Assembly (NCBI RefSeq): GCF_018350175.1 | Contig: NC_058368.1 | Coordinates: forward strand, 40,922,001 to 40,986,000 | Reading direction: 5' to 3' | Origin: Felis catus | Lineage: Eukaryota | Length of the DNA stretch: 64,000 nucleotides | Shown: piece by piece, positions 37,350 to 48,462 of the stretch | Position numbering within the stretch: position 1 is the first letter of the stretch | Layout: each line of letters begins with the position of its first letter | Notes under the pieces: generated by a model | What the model was told of the DNA's origin: nothing | What the model saw: the letters and a program-made list of their open reading frames with translations, nothing else | Database searches by the model: none | Position numbers and translations under genes: made by a program

Positions 37350-37370
37350 TTTTTTTTTTTTTTTTTTTTT
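37250..37370. repeat. Compound polypyrimidine tract (TTCC)n-(CT)n-poly(T)
   Basis: Direct inspection. Confidence 0.95.
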
Positions 37371-37624
37371 GGTGTAAATTGGTAGCTGTCTGCTTTAACC
37401 CTCACATGCTATCAAGGTCCATTGACCTCAATCAAATTTTTTTAGTTTATTTTTGAGAAGTTAAAACTTCTTGTAAATATCTATTTTTATGGATTTCGTT
37501 CATCTATTATTGCCTTCTAAATAACAAAAGAAAATTTACTTTTGTTTTAATAGAGTAAAACATTTTATCTTGCAATGATGTTAGTAGTCAATTGGATGTT
37601 TTATAACTTAAAATACATAGTGCA

Positions 37625-37826
37625 GGGGCACCTGTGTGGCTCAGTCAGTTGAGCATCTGACTCTTGATTTTGGCACAGGTCATGATCCCAGGGTCATGGG
37701 AAGCTCTGCATCAGGCTCTGTGCTCAGTGGCGACTGCTTAAAATTCTCTTTCCCTTTCCCTCTTCTCCTCCCCCACATGAACACATGCTTTCTCTCTCTC
37801 TAAAAATAAAATAAAATAATGCCTTA
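37625..37826 (+). mobile_element. Can-SINE (older type)
   Basis: ggggcacctgtgtggctcagtcag head; TSD aaaatacatagtg. Confidence 0.95.
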
Positions 37827-38783
37827 AAAAATACATAGTGGAATCACTAACTTATTTTCTCGTATTTTTGAAATATCTTGCTATTTTATCACCCCAGTAA
37901 TTACTTATTACTTATCAATATTGTCATCTATGCTAAAAACTCTAAACAATAACACAAGATGAAATATTGGAGTTTCCTAGAAGGATGATGACAAAGGGAA
38001 ATAAATCATCATTTCATCATTCTTAAAATTACATCCTGTTTTAACACTTCCAACAATATTTTGGCTACTCTAAGTAGATACTTTTCTTACAGAAATTTTA
38101 GAACTAATTTGTTAATTTATTTTAAAAACTTGCAATTTTTATATGGATTGAGATCAGTCTGTTCAGTATAATTGCAAAGATATCTTAGAACACAAACTTG
38201 TCTGCTTTGCTATGAGAGCAAATTTGTATGAGAAGCTAGAATGCCAAACTGTCAAACTTTGCCCAATTTGACGTTAAGTGATTATACATCAGAACTTTGG
38301 CTTTGTTATCTTAATAAATGTGATTATATATTACTAGTACAGTATTAGAATGAATTTAATAAGATGGATTTCCTAAGCCAGACACTACATAAGACTAATA
38401 TGTCATGAGACTGTATCCAAGCAATTGGGAACTCAACAATGCCTGAAGGGAGGCAAGTTGTATGTGCATGTCTGACTGTCTGTGTACATGTGTTTGAAAT
38501 TCTGGGAGAAATGCTCTTCTCTGAAGTTTCCCCACATATTTATTAGAATGCAACTTTTATTATATAACTAATGTTCACACTCAGTAAAAGGAAGTATACA
38601 TCTTTACATAAACCTATTTTTAGCCTGCTTTCAATAATTGATTTTGGAGTTATAAAGCAAAAAGTATAATTACAAGTACAAATTTGGAGGAGAAATGACA
38701 AGTCTTTGGGCCTGAAGTACTTAGGGCATGTTTCTCTTCTCTTACCCATGCCTTTTACCAAGATAGAAAAATGAATGGCTAAC

Positions 38784-39394
38784 TATATTAGTTATTTTAT
38801 TTCTGAGTAACAAATAATCACAAGTTCTACATCTTAAAATAACTCTCAATTTCTGTAGGTCTGGTGTCTGGGTACAGATTAATGGATCTTTTACTTAAGT
38901 TCTTCCTAGGATGAAATGAAAGTTTCAGCTGGGGCTGGAGTCTCATCTGAGGCTTGAGTCTTCTTCAAAGCTCATTGGTTATTGGCAGAGTTCAGTTCTC
39001 TATGGTTGTAGTACTGGGACCCTCAGGTCTTGGCCAGGTGGCCTTTCCCACATCCTAGCAATTTGTTTCTATAAAGCCAATGAGGGATTGTCTCAGCTTA
39101 TTTGAGTCTCTCTCACTTCTGTCTCTAACCTAGGTCCTTTTGTAAATCACTTACCTTTTTAGGTCGGACCCAACCTGGGTAAACTTTCTTTGGTTTACTT
39201 AATTCAACTGATTATAAACCTTAAATATATCTGTAAAATCCCTTCACCTCTGCCACATGAGGTAACCTAATCATAGAGGCGATATTCCATCTTATTCACA
39301 AACCCTAACCACACTCCAGGGGAAAAAATTATTTAGGGCATGTCCATCAGGGAGGAGAAATCTCAGGGGTTATTTTAAGATTCTGTGTACCACA
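38784..39394 (-). mobile_element. MaLR solo LTR (MLT1E-like)
   Basis: tatattagtt..gtaacaaat..; ctcatctgaggctt..gctcatt..ggcagagttcagttc; aaaatcccttcacc..gtaacctaatca; ends taccaca. Confidence 0.8.
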
Positions 39395-41108
39395 TCACTA
39401 AGCTAACCTTACAAAACTATCTGAGGCCCCACACACTTAGCAACATGGTAATAGTCTAATTGGGAAGTGAAAGGTTATTACAGCAAAATTCCTTGGAGAT
39501 TGTCCTGTTACAGAGATATAACCCAAATAAGCTGGAACTAATCCTGTGTGTACATGCGTATCCACACATAAGCATTGCCTGAGCAAATGGTTGAGGATGT
39601 TTTTCTCAATGAATGGTCAATGAAACAATGAAGTAACTGTTACTAAAAAGATATGGTGATGTGATGTGTTCCACTTGATGATCTCTCAAGACAGAATGAG
39701 AAGGAGTAAACTGAGTTTGAGAAAAGCCTTAGAAATAGAGATTAGATCTTGTCATATACATGATCTGTGGTTGAGGTGTGTGCCCGGACACATGTTCCCA
39801 GATACCTGGAACTGAGTGACTCTACTACTGCTGTGCATTGAGTGCATGGACCCTTTTCAAAGCAATCTTTGGGAATGATAGCCTAATAGCTGGTGTCAGA
39901 TGTTAGTCTGAATAGACCAATTATATGTGAAAATGTCAGGCATCTCCTGGAAAATAAGATGGATTCTTATTTCCATGGATTCTTCCTTCAAATGTTAGTA
40001 TCTCAAACTGGGAGATGAAAAACTGATTCCAGAGAGAGGAGTTAAGATGGTGGAGAAGCACGGAGACCATGAGCTTGTCTCATCTCTAAAATACAGCTAG
40101 ATCAGCACCAAACCATTTTGAACACCTAGGAAATTGATCTGAGGATTAGCACAACAGTCTGCATAACTTGAGCCATAGAACTTGGCAGGTATGTGGTGCG
40201 GAGAGGTGAACTAGGAGAGAGAAAAGCCACCGAGGGTAGGGAGCTGTTTTTGCAGAGAGAGGACAGAGAAAGGGAAAGGGGGAGAGTGCAGCACATTGGG
40301 ATCATGCAAGAAAAGTACTCCCCTGAATGAAGCTAAAGAGAAAGATAGAGGAAGAATGCAAACACTCACAGGGGACTGATCAAGAAATATGTTCCCCAAA
40401 ACCATTGATGGGAAGAAAGGAGGTTTCAATACCACCAGGATTCTATAAACAGTGGAGCACAGAGTCTGAAGTTCTGAAGCTCAATGCCTGACAGTGTTCT
40501 GGTGAGGAAGTAGAGTGAATGCCCTGAAGCAGGCAGTGAGTTCTGAGAAGACTGTGTGCCACAAAGGGAGAAGCAGTTCCACTGCTTGTAGTGCATTTGG
40601 TAGAGGCCATAAAGCCTCCCCAGAGGCAAAGATCTCAGCATAACCCATAGAGCAGCCACCATGCTGGGACTGGAACAAAGAAGCCAGAGTGCAGTGAAAT
40701 CTGGCACCAACTGCGTGTTGTGATTTGCCGTAATCTCTGAACCTCTGCCACTGCATGATTACATGAATGTTTTCTGGGGCAGTCTGGCACCCAGCCGTTG
40801 CTCAGCAAGACCCTCCCCCAGAGAGTTGGTGTGGATCCAAGCCGTGGGGGTCTCTGAAGTGTGAGGTTTGAAAACACAAACCCATCTGAGATAAAACTCT
40901 GGAGGGAGGTGTCATCTGGCAGGCGGACAGCTTGGATGTGGTAGAGGCAGGGAGTGGATGGAGGCTTGAGACAAAGTAGGGGTGCTTGATCATGAGTAAG
41001 GGAAAGTGTGAAATTCCTGTTCCAGACACTAGGAAGCTGGGTGAAGCCATTTCCACCTCGCCTGTACCTGTGCATGCACTCCATACTGATCCACCCCACT
41101 AAACTAAG

Positions 41109-41141
41109 AAGCACCACCTAGTGGAGAGCAGAGCCATTACA
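41109..41141 (-). promoter_or_regulatory. Candidate CTCF site, CpG-decayed, in the L1 5'UTR
   Basis: Minus strand tgtaatggc-N8-ccactaggtggtgctt, homologous to 23561-23593. Confidence 0.45.
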
Positions 41142-41677
41142 CCAAACCCAGCCCAACTATGCCCTCCAAGCACACTCCCTAGGAGACCAGCACAAGTCAT
41201 TCTACCTGCTTAGTGTACGGTCTATAGAGGGCTTCATAGTTTTAGTTCTAGAGGAAATTGGATATAACCTCATGTGGGTTTCATTCTGTTTGCTGGTTCA
41301 TTTATTCGTTTTCTTTCCTTCTGTTTTTGCTTAAATTGTTTTCTTTTTTCTTTTCTTTTTCTTTCTTGGATACAGAAAGAGAACATTTTATTTTTCTTTT
41401 ATTGTTTAACTTTATTTTTTATTTTTAAAAATATATTATTCTATTTCAATTTGTTTATTTCATTGTAATTTATTTTATTATATATTTTTTTAATTGTTAA
41501 TTTTGTCTTACCTTTTTATTTTTTCTTTTCTTTTCATTTTTACTCTATTATATCAAGTTCCTTTCAACAAGAAGACCAAAACACACCTAGAATCTAGCTT
41601 CATTTATTTGATTTTTTGTTTTGTTTTAATTTTTTTAATTTTAATTTCTTATTTTATTAATTTTTTCTTCCCCCAAA

Positions 41678-42599
41678 ATGACAAAACAAAGGAATTTACC
41701 CAAAAGAAAGAATGGGAAGAAATGACAGCCAGAGCTTAATTAACACATATATAAGCAGGATGTCTGAACTAGAATTTAGAACCACGACAATAATACTAGC
41801 TGGGGTTGGAAAAAAAGCATAGAGTCCCTTTCTGCAGAGATAAAAGAAGTAAAATCTAGTCAGAATGAAATTAAAAATGCCATCTAGAGATGCAATCTAG
41901 AATGGATGCCATGACGGCAAGGATAGATGAAGCAGAGCAGTGCATCAGCGATATAGAAAATAAAATAAAATAAAACAATAGAAAATAAGATTATAGAATA
42001 ATGAAGCAAAAAAAAGAGGGAGCCAAAGGCAAAAGAGCACGATACAAGACTTAGAGGACTCAGTGACTTATTAAAAAGGAATAACATCCAAAACATAGGA
42101 ATCCCAGAAGATGATGAGAGAAGAAAAGAGGCAGAAGGTTTATGTGAGCAAATTATAGCAGAAAACTTCCTAATCTGGGGAATGACACAGAAATCAAAAT
42201 CCAAGAAGCATGGAGTACTTCCATTAGATTAGATTAGATTAGATTAGATTAGATTAGATGGTCAACACAAACCAACTGTCACCAGGCATATCATAGACAA
42301 ATTCACAAAATACACAGACAATGAAAGAGTTGTGAAAGCAGCAAGGGAAAGTCCTTAATGTATAAGGGAAGAAAGATCGGGTTCACCGCAGACCTATCCA
42401 CAGAAACTTGGCAGGCCAGAAAGGAGTGGCAGGATATATTCAACATGCTGAATCAGAAAAACATGCAGCCAAGTATTCCTTATCCAGCAAGGCTATCATT
42501 CAAAATGGAGAGATAAAGAGTTTCCCAGACAAACAAAAACTAAAGGAGTTTGTGACCACTAAACCAGCCCTGCAAGAAATTTTAAGGGGGGTTCTCTGA
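41678..42599 (+). pseudogene. L1 ORF1, disrupted; contains a (TTAGA)n expansion at ~42224-42259
   Basis: atgacaaaacaaagg start; C-terminus [29 protein letters not shown]. Confidence 0.9.
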
Positions 42600-42698
42600 G
42601 TGGAGAAAAGACAAGACAAAGTAAAAAAGACCAAAAGTAACAAAGACTACAAAGGACCAGAGAACATCACCAGAAACATCAACTCTACAGACAACACA

Positions 42699-44441
42699 AT
42701 GGCATTAAATTCATATCTTTCAGTACTCACTCTAAATGTCAGTGGAATAAATGCTCCAATCAAAAGACATAGGGTATCAGAATGGATACGAAAACAAGAC
42801 CCATCTATATGTTGCTTATAAGAGACTATTTTAGATGTAAATACACCTTCAGATTGAAAGTAAGGGGATGGAGAGACATCTATCATGCTAATGGTCATTA
42901 AAAGAAAGCTGGAGTAGCCATACTTTTATCAGGCAAACTAGATTTTAAAATAAAGACTGTAATGAGATGAAGAAAGACAATATAGCATAATTAAGGTGTT
43001 TATCCACCAAGAAGATCTAACAACTGTAAATATTTATGACCCCAATGTGAAACACCCAAATATTTAAATCGATTAATCACAAAGATAAAGAAACTCATTG
43101 ACAATAATATCATAGTAGTAAGGGACTTCAACACCCCACTTACAGCAATGGACAGATAATCTAGGCAGAAAATCAATAAGGAAACAATGGCTTTGAATGA
43201 CACACTGGACCAGATGGGTTTAACAGATATATTCAGAATGTTTCATCCTAAAGCAGCAGAATGCACATTCTTCTTGAGTGCATATGGAACATTCTCCAGA
43301 ATAGATCACATACTGGGACACGAATTAGCCCTCAACAAGCTCAAAAATATCAAGATCATACTATGCATATTTTCAGACCACAATGCTATGAAATTCTAAA
43401 TCAACCACAAGAGAATATTTGGAAAGACAACAAATACTTGGAGACTAAAGAATATCCTACTAAAGAATGAAATGACTAACCAAGAAATTAAAGAGGAAAT
43501 TAAAAAGTACATGGAAGCAAATTAAAATGATAAAATGGCAGCCCCAAACCTCCTGGTTGTACCAAAGGCAGTCATAAGAGGGAAGTAGATAGCAATTCAG
43601 GCCTTCCTAATGAAGGAAGAAAGGTCTCAAATACACAACCAAACTTACACCTAAAAGAGCTGGAAAAAGAACACCAAAAAAGACCCCCAAACCAGCAGAA
43701 GACCGGAAATAATAGAGATTAGAGCAGAACTCAATGTTATCTAAAACAAAGAAACAACAACAACAACAAAACAGGAACTGAATCTTTGAATCAATGAAAG
43801 AATCAATGAAACCAGGAACTGATTCTTTGAAAGAATTAACAAAATTGATAACCCCCTAGCCAGTGTGATCAAAAAGAAAAAGGACTCAAATAAATAAAAT
43901 CCTGAAAGAGAAGTGATCACAACCAACACTGCAGACATACAAACAATAATACAAGAATTTTATGAGCAATAAAATACCAACAAATTGGGCAATCTGGAAG
44001 AAATGGACAAATTCCTAGAAACATATGGACTGCCAAACTGAAACAGGAAGAAATTGAAAATTTGAATAGGCCCATAACCAGTAAAGAAATTGAATCAGTA
44101 ATCAAAAATCTCCAAACAAACAAGAGTCCAGGTCTGGATGGTTTTCCAGGAGATGCTATGAAACATTTAAAGAATAGTTAACACCTAACCTTTTGAAGCT
44201 GTTGCAAAAGAATACAAATGGAAGTAAAACTTTCAAACTCGTTCTACAAGGCCAGCATTACCTTGATTCCAAAACCAGACAAAGACTCCACTAAAAAAGA
44301 AGAACTACAGACCAATTTCCCTGATGAACATGGATGCAAAAATTCTCAACAAGATACTAGCAAGCCTGGCATGACAAAGATGTCCACTCTCACCAGTGTC
44401 ATTCAACATAAGGTTGGTAGTCCTAGCCTCAGCAATCAGAC

Positions 44442-44489
<48 letters not shown>

Positions 44490-46260
44490 AAAGGCATCCA
44501 AATCATCAAGAAGGAAGTCAAACTTTCACTCTTCACAGACAACATGATACTCTATGTGGAAAACCCAAAAAACTGCTAGAATTGATACATGAATTAAGCA
44601 CATATGCAGGACATAAAATCAATGTACAGAAATTGGTTGCAATTCTATACACCAATAATGCTTCATCAGAGAAATCAAGGAATTGATCCCATTTACAACT
44701 GCACCAAAATCCATCAAACACCAGGAATAAACCTAACCAAAGAGGTGAAATATCTACACAACAAAAACTATAGAAAGCTTATGAAAGAAATTGAAGACAC
44801 AAAGAAAAAAATGGAAAAACATACCATGCTTTTGTATTGGAAGAGAAAATATTGTTAAAATGTCGATACTACCCAAAATAATCTATATATTCAGTGCATC
44901 CCTATCAAAATAACACCAGCATTCTTCACAGAGCTAGAACAAACAAACCTAAAATTTGTATGGAACAGAAAAGACTCCAAATATCCAAAGAAATCCTGAA
45001 AAAGAGAACCAAAGCTGGAGGCATCAAAATTCTGACTTCTAGCTGTATTTCAAAGGAGTAATCATCAAGAGAGTATGGTACTGGCACAAAAACAGACACA
45101 TAGATCAGTGGAACAGAATAGAGAGCCCAGAAATGGACCCACAGATGTATGGCCAACTAATCTTTGACAAAGCAAGAAAGATATCCAATGGAAAAGATAC
45201 AGTCTCTTCAGCAAATTGTGTTGGGAAAACTGGACAGCAATGTGCCGAAGGATGAACCTGCACCACTTTCTTACACCATACACAAAAATGAACTCACAAT
45301 GGATGAAGGACCAAAAGGTAAGACAGGAAACCAATAAAATTCTAGAGGAGAAAAGAGGCAACAACCTCTTTTACCTCAGCTGAAGCAACTTCTTAGTTGA
45401 CATGTCTCCAGACCCAAAGAAAAGAAAAGCAAAAATGAACTTTGGGACCTCCTCAAGAAAAAAATCTTCAGCACAGCAAAGGAAACAATCAGCAAAACTA
45501 AAAGGCAACCAAAGGAATGGGAGAAGTAATTTGCAAATGACGTATCAGGTAAAGGGTAAGTATCCAAAATCTATAAAGAACTTATCAAACCCAACACCCA
45601 AAAAACAAATAACCCAGTGAAGAAATGGGCAAAAGACATGAATAGACACTTCTCCAAAGACATCCAGATGGCCAACCAACACATGAAAAAATGCTCCACA
45701 TCACTGATCATCAGGGAAATACAAATCAAAACCAGAATGAGATACCACCTCACACCTGTCATAATGGCTAACATTAACAATTCAGGCAAAAACAGATGTT
45801 GGCGAGGACACAGAAAAAGAGGATCTCTTTTGCACTGCTGGTGGGAATGCAAACTGGCTCAGCTACTCTGGAAAACAATATGGAGGTTCCTCAAAAAATT
45901 AAAAATAGAACTACCCTCTGACCCAGCAATTGCACTACTAGGTATTTATCCAGAAGATACAGGAGTGCTGACATGAAGGGGCACTTGGCACTCCAAAGTT
46001 TATGACAGCACTATCAACAATAGCCAAAGTATGGAAAGAGCCGAAATGTCCATCGACGGATGGATAAAGAAGAAGAGGTGTCTGTACACACACACACACA
46101 CACATGCACATGCGCAATGGAATATTACTTGGCAATCAAAAAGAATGAAATCTTGCCATTTGCAACAACTTGGGTGGACCTAGAGTATATTATGCTAAGC
46201 AAAATAAGTGAGTCAGGGAAAGACAGATATCACATGACTTCACTCATATGTGGAATTTAA
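42699..46260 (+). pseudogene. L1 ORF2, many stops and frameshifts
   Basis: [40 protein letters not shown] fragments; (CA)n expansions at ~44441-44487 and ~46085-46103. Confidence 0.93.
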
Positions 46261-46980
46261 TATACAAAACAGATGAACATAAAGGAAGTGAAGGAAGAAT
46301 AATATAAAAACAGAGAGGTAGATAAACCATAAGAGACTCTTAAATACAGAGAACAAACTGAGGGTTACTGTCAGAGTATTGGGCAAAAGGCATTAAGGAG
46401 GACACTGTTAGGATGAGCACTGAATGTTATATGTAAGTGATGAATCACCAAATTCTGTTCCTAAAATCATTATTACACTACATGTTAAGTAATTTGGATA
46501 TAAATTTTAAAAAGTATACCTCAAAATATGATATTAAAATACATATATACATATATGTATATATATGTTTATGTGTGTATATATATATATATATATTCCA
46601 TTTATTAAAGATTTCCTTTATTTATCTCAGCAATATAGTTTTTGGAATTCAAGGTGGAAGACGGAGGAGGGACAGTAAATATCCTCCAAACTGAGAAGGC
46701 ATTTTGAAACTGAAAAACAAAGCAAGTCACTACATATCATTTATAGAGTTTTAGTTAGGATAACTTACTGACAGAGTAGATCAGGCAGAAAACTATCCAG
46801 GTATTTTGCCCCTATTCTCTACAAAGTCTGGACCTTAATCCACATATTCTATACTGAATTGTGGTAAGGTCAAAGGGTAGATACCTAAAGTGGTGCCATC
46901 TGTATATCAGAGGGGAGATTAGAACAAGCCTTCCCACATTCTAGTCAAGACATACATTAACCTCTAAGGGGTTCAGAACA

Positions 46981-47001
46981 CTTACTTACTTACTTACTTA
47001 C

Positions 47002-47036
<35 letters not shown>

Positions 47037-47198
47037 TTATGAAATTTATTGTCAAATTGGTTTCCATACAACACCCAGTGCTCATCCCAACAGATGCCCT
47101 CCTCAATGCTCATCACCCACTTTCCCCTCCCTCCCAGCCCACATCAACCCTCAGTTTATTCTCAGTTTTTAAGAGTCTCTTATGGTTTGGCTCCCTCT
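46981..47198 (-). mobile_element. Very short cat-type L1 3'-end insertion with (TTAC)n(TTAT)n tail
   Basis: atgaaatttattgtcaaattggtttccatacaacaccc.. is nearly identical to 26140-26300. Confidence 0.92.
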
Positions 47199-47264
47199 AT
47201 TATTTTCATTTAAATTTCAAAGTATTTTTTGATAAATTATAGACTTTAAAATTGCTTTTTCATA

Positions 47265-48462
47265 TTACAGGTCTTTTATCCTGCCACCTTGATAAATTCA
47301 CTTACCAATTCTAATAGGCTTTTTTTGTAGATTCTAATGGATTTTATACACAATCATGTTGTCTGTGAATAAAGACAGTTTTATTTTTTCCTATAAATCT
47401 AGATGACTTTGGTGCTTATTCTTGTCCTATTTCATAACATAGAATCTCTAGTACAATGTGCAAGAAAATAATGAGGGTGCACATCATTGCTTTATTCCTG
47501 ATCTTAGAAGAGATTAAGTCTTTTACCACTGAGTAAGATGTTAACAGTATATTTTACACAGATACATTTATCAGTTTGGAAAAGTTTCAGTCTATTCATA
47601 GTGTGCTCAGAGTTTATCAACAATGTTGAATTTGTGAAACACTATTTTAGTGTATATTGAGATGATCAGATTTTTTTCTCTTTCATCGAATATGGTATAT
47701 TACATTGATTTATTAAAGATAAACAAACTTTACATTTCTTGATTAAACCTTATTTAGTAATATGTGTTACTTTTTTCTTTAACATATTGCTAGATATAAT
47801 ATGGTAACAAATTCCTAAGAGCTTTAGCATCTATGTTTATGAGGACTATTGGATTTAGTTTTCTTTTCTTAGAACATCTTTATTGAAATAGTGCAGGCCT
47901 CATACAATGATTTGAGAATTATTCCTTTCCCTTTAATTTTCTGGAAGGCTTTAGGTAGAATTGCTTTTATTATTTTTAAGTGTTTGGTAGAGTTAACGAT
48001 TGGATCCACATGAGGCTGAAATTTTCTTTGTGGAGAAGGTTTTAACTAAAAACTCAATTTCTTTAATAGATAATATGGATTTTTGTGTTACCTACTTTTT
48101 CTGGAGAGCCCTTCATAGTTTGCAAATTTTAAGAAATTTGTCCATTTCTACTAAGTTCTTGAATAAAGTGATTTCTAGTATTCTCTGCTTTTTATTATTA
48201 TTTAATTTTTTTTCAATGTTTATTTTTGAGAGACAGAGAGAGATAGAGCTTGAGTAGGGAAGGGGCAGAGAGGCAGAGAGACAGCTGCCAGCTGTCAGCA
48301 TAGAGCCCCACATGGGGCTTAAACCCATGAACCGTGATATCATGACCTGAGCCAAAGTCAGACACTTACCCGACTGAGCCACCAGGCACTCCCTCTGGTT
48401 ATTATTCTAGTATCGGAGAAATATGTAGTGATGCCACTTCTCTCATTCCTGATACTGGTATA
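47265..48462 (-). mobile_element. Old L1M ORF2 fragment interrupted by a SINE
   Basis: tatcctgccaccttgataaattcac..aatcatgttgtctgtgaataaagacag..ttcctgatcttag..aagaaatttgtccatttc..ctctcattcctgatactggta. Confidence 0.85.
48190..48392 (-). mobile_element. Can-SINE
   Basis: gatatcatgacctgagccaaagtcagacac..gactgagccaccaggcac. Confidence 0.93.

Larger units (their letters stand above)
40031..46515 (+). mobile_element. Near full-length LINE-1 (older, CpG-decayed), inactivated, with an internal RT deletion
   Basis: 5' gaggagttaagatggtgg; 5'UTR homologous to 23.4-24.7 kb; ORF1, ORF2 and 3'UTR present; no TSD identified. Confidence 0.96.

Noticed and set aside
40010..46560. TSD for the plus-strand full-length L1
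   Set aside because: The upstream aaaaactgattcc has no convincing copy after the 3' end
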